DNA from: an uncultured Halobacteria archaeon
GTDB taxonomy: Archaea > Halobacteriota > Syntropharchaeia > Alkanophagales > Methanospirareceae
DNA: 25,891 nucleotides
Assembly: GCA_964644925.1 (NCBI GenBank)
Contig: CAZXYJ010000001.1
Location: forward strand, 1-25,891
Reading direction: 5' to 3'
A program made the translations under genes and the position numbers. The notes under the pieces were generated by a model that made no database searches, was not told where the DNA came from, and saw only the letters and a program-made list of their open reading frames with translations. Shown here piece by piece: positions 24,703 through 25,891 of the stretch (positions are counted from its first letter, which is position 1; each line of letters begins with the position of its first letter).

Positions 24703-25270
24703 TTTCCCCCTCCTTCAGTTCTTTAATTATCTTCTCTGTCTTCCTTTTACTCCTTCTCAATCCGTAATAGCGAGCACAGAAAGAGGTTATGATAGAAACT
24801 AAATCCTGCATCAAATCATCTTTATCCTCTGTTGCTTCATTTACAACTTCTATTTCACAATCAAGGGGCAAGAGGAGAGTGGAGAGGTAATTAAAGCCAA
24901 AGCGAGTTAATCTATCCTTATGCTCTACGATGATTTTTGTTGCCTTCCCCTCTCGCAGTATTTTTTGGAGTTTTGGACGGTTATCATTTACTCCAGAACC
25001 TACTTCTTTAACGACTTCTTTTATCTGATAACCACGGGCAATTGCATATTGTGTCAGTCTATCCGCTTGACTATTAAGATTGTTTTTATTCTCTGAAGAC
25101 GAAACACGGGAGTATATCACAATATAATCCCCCCTCCTCACCATCTCTTCTGGTACGATGATAGTGCCGCTTTCCGTCTTGAAAGCCCCCTTTATCTTCC
25201 CCGCTTTGAACCATTCCCAAGCAGTGCGATAACTTATCCCCAACCCCTTTGCATAAACCGATAGTTTCAT
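24686..25270 (-). CDS. tnpA: IS607 serine transposase TnpA (start reassigned to ATG 25270)
   Basis: N-terminal MerR-like HTH (GISYRTAWEWFKAGKI), catalytic YSRVSS, EHKDRLTRFGF. Confidence 0.95.
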   Translation of the reverse strand: MKLSVYAKGLGISYRTAWEWFKAGKIKGAFKTESGTIIVPEEMVRRGDYIVIYSRVSSSENKNNLNSQADRLTQYAIARGYQIKEVVKEVGSGVNDNRPKLQKILREGKATKIIVEHKDRLTRFGFNYLSTLLLPLDCEIEVVNEATEDKDDLMQDLVSIITSFCARYYGLRRSKRKTEKIIKELKEGENEEAI

Positions 25271-25296
25271 GTGATAATTATAATAAGAAAACATCC

Positions 25297-25345
25297 TATA
25301 TAAATGTTTAACTATTTTTACCTATACCTAACTATAAAATCATAT
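25297..25345 (-). promoter_or_regulatory. tnpA TATA box and IS607 left-end repeat array
   Basis: TTTATATA on the minus strand (25297-25304); TA(A/C)CTAT at 25309, 25319, 25329. Confidence 0.65.
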
Positions 25346-25355
25346 TGCTTTAATG

Positions 25356-25582
25356 ATACTGTATGGAAGGATCACAAAAAACTAAGAAGAAGAAATGTTG
25401 AGAGATTTATAAGCAGGCTGGATAAATTTGATAAAGCATCCTCAATAACCCCCTTCATCGTAGCATCTCTGATGAGTTGGAAAGGATATTCTATACACGC
25501 GGACGCTTTTGGATTGACAAAGCATTTATATGAATCACACCCGGTAATGCAAGCATCGGCATTGGAGAAATACACTGATTGA
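25356..25582 (+). pseudogene. C-terminal remnant of a DGR reverse transcriptase
   Basis: TVWKDHKKLRRRNV...SLMSWKGYSIHADAFGL resembles the post-FLGY / thumb segment of DGR RTs; no catalytic palm present. Confidence 0.75.
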
Positions 25583-25585
25583 AAT

Positions 25586-25885
25586 ATGACAGAAGATTAC
25601 CACCATTTCAGTGATTTCGCCGATACACAACCACAGTTTGAAGGCGAGAAGAAAAAAATACAAGAAATACTCAACAAGGAAATCCTCATTATTGGCTTTC
25701 GTATAGGCAAAAGCAAATACAAAGGCAAGAAATATCTTACGTTGCATTTTAAGTTGGATGGTGAAAAATATATTGTGTTCACTGGATCCAAGCCTTTGAT
25801 GGACTGTGCTCAGGAAGGCGAAAATGAAATGCCATATTACACGACCATCATTCAAAGAGGCGAATATTATATAATGACAAAATGA
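25586..25885 (+). CDS. Small beta-rich hypothetical protein directly downstream of the RT remnant
   Basis: Complete 99-aa ORF starting 3 nt after the RT stop; ILNKEI...VFTGS...PYYTTI. Confidence 0.7.
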   Translation: MTEDYHHFSDFADTQPQFEGEKKKIQEILNKEILIIGFRIGKSKYKGKKYLTLHFKLDGEKYIVFTGSKPLMDCAQEGENEMPYYTTIIQRGEYYIMTK

Positions 25886-25891
25886 ATCTGT

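Larger units (their letters stand above)
23573..25350 (-). mobile_element. IS607-family insertion sequence (tnpA + tnpB); left boundary approximate
   Basis: Serine-recombinase tnpA overlapping tnpB; right end at GG (CC 23573-23574) with hairpin CCTTATCA/TGATAAGG; left-end 10-bp-period repeats. Confidence 0.9.
1..25891 (+). mobile_element. Fragment of an archaeal tailed virus / provirus (Caudoviricetes-like), possibly decaying
   Basis: Terminase, portal-like, head morphogenesis, protease/scaffold, capsid and fibre genes in phage order; archaeal TATA boxes; no host housekeeping genes; no att sites or termini visible in the window. Confidence 0.9.

Noticed and set aside
25304-25355. N-terminus of ORF 25304-25582 as a real gene start
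   Set aside because: These codons are IS left-end DNA fused in frame by chance to the RT remnant

Overview
This window is a ~26 kb fragment of an archaeal head-tail (Caudoviricetes-type) virus or provirus. Nearly all genes lie on the + strand, many are coupled by ATGA overlaps, and at least eight intergenic TTTATATA boxes support an archaeal host. An anaerobic methanogen/ANME-like host is a guess only. Gene order: early/accessory genes (C5 cytosine methyltransferase, HNH nucleases, RHH regulator, Gam-like protein), terminase small and large subunits, an inserted accessory block (RHH, PRTase, truncated TIR), a candidate structured ncRNA, portal, head morphogenesis protein, two orphan antitoxin-like genes, protease/scaffold, cement protein, encapsulin-like major capsid protein, fibre-like proteins, and a C-type-lectin (CLec) fold protein with a diversity-generating retroelement (DGR) variable repeat. 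Main result: the DGR has been broken. Only about 35 nt of the template repeat survive, and they differ from the variable repeat only at adenines over 31 nt. An IS607 (tnpA+tnpB) sits at the break, and only the C-terminal tail of the reverse transcriptase remains on the far side. The TnpB guide would therefore be read from the template repeat itself. Other highlights: a methyltransferase encoded in two overlapping frames, a 245-bp block-conserved non-coding repeat at a fixed 9168-bp offset upstream of the packaging and capsid operons, and a ~260-nt GC-rich RNA-like element with its own TATA box. Family assignments come from motif recognition by eye, not database searches.
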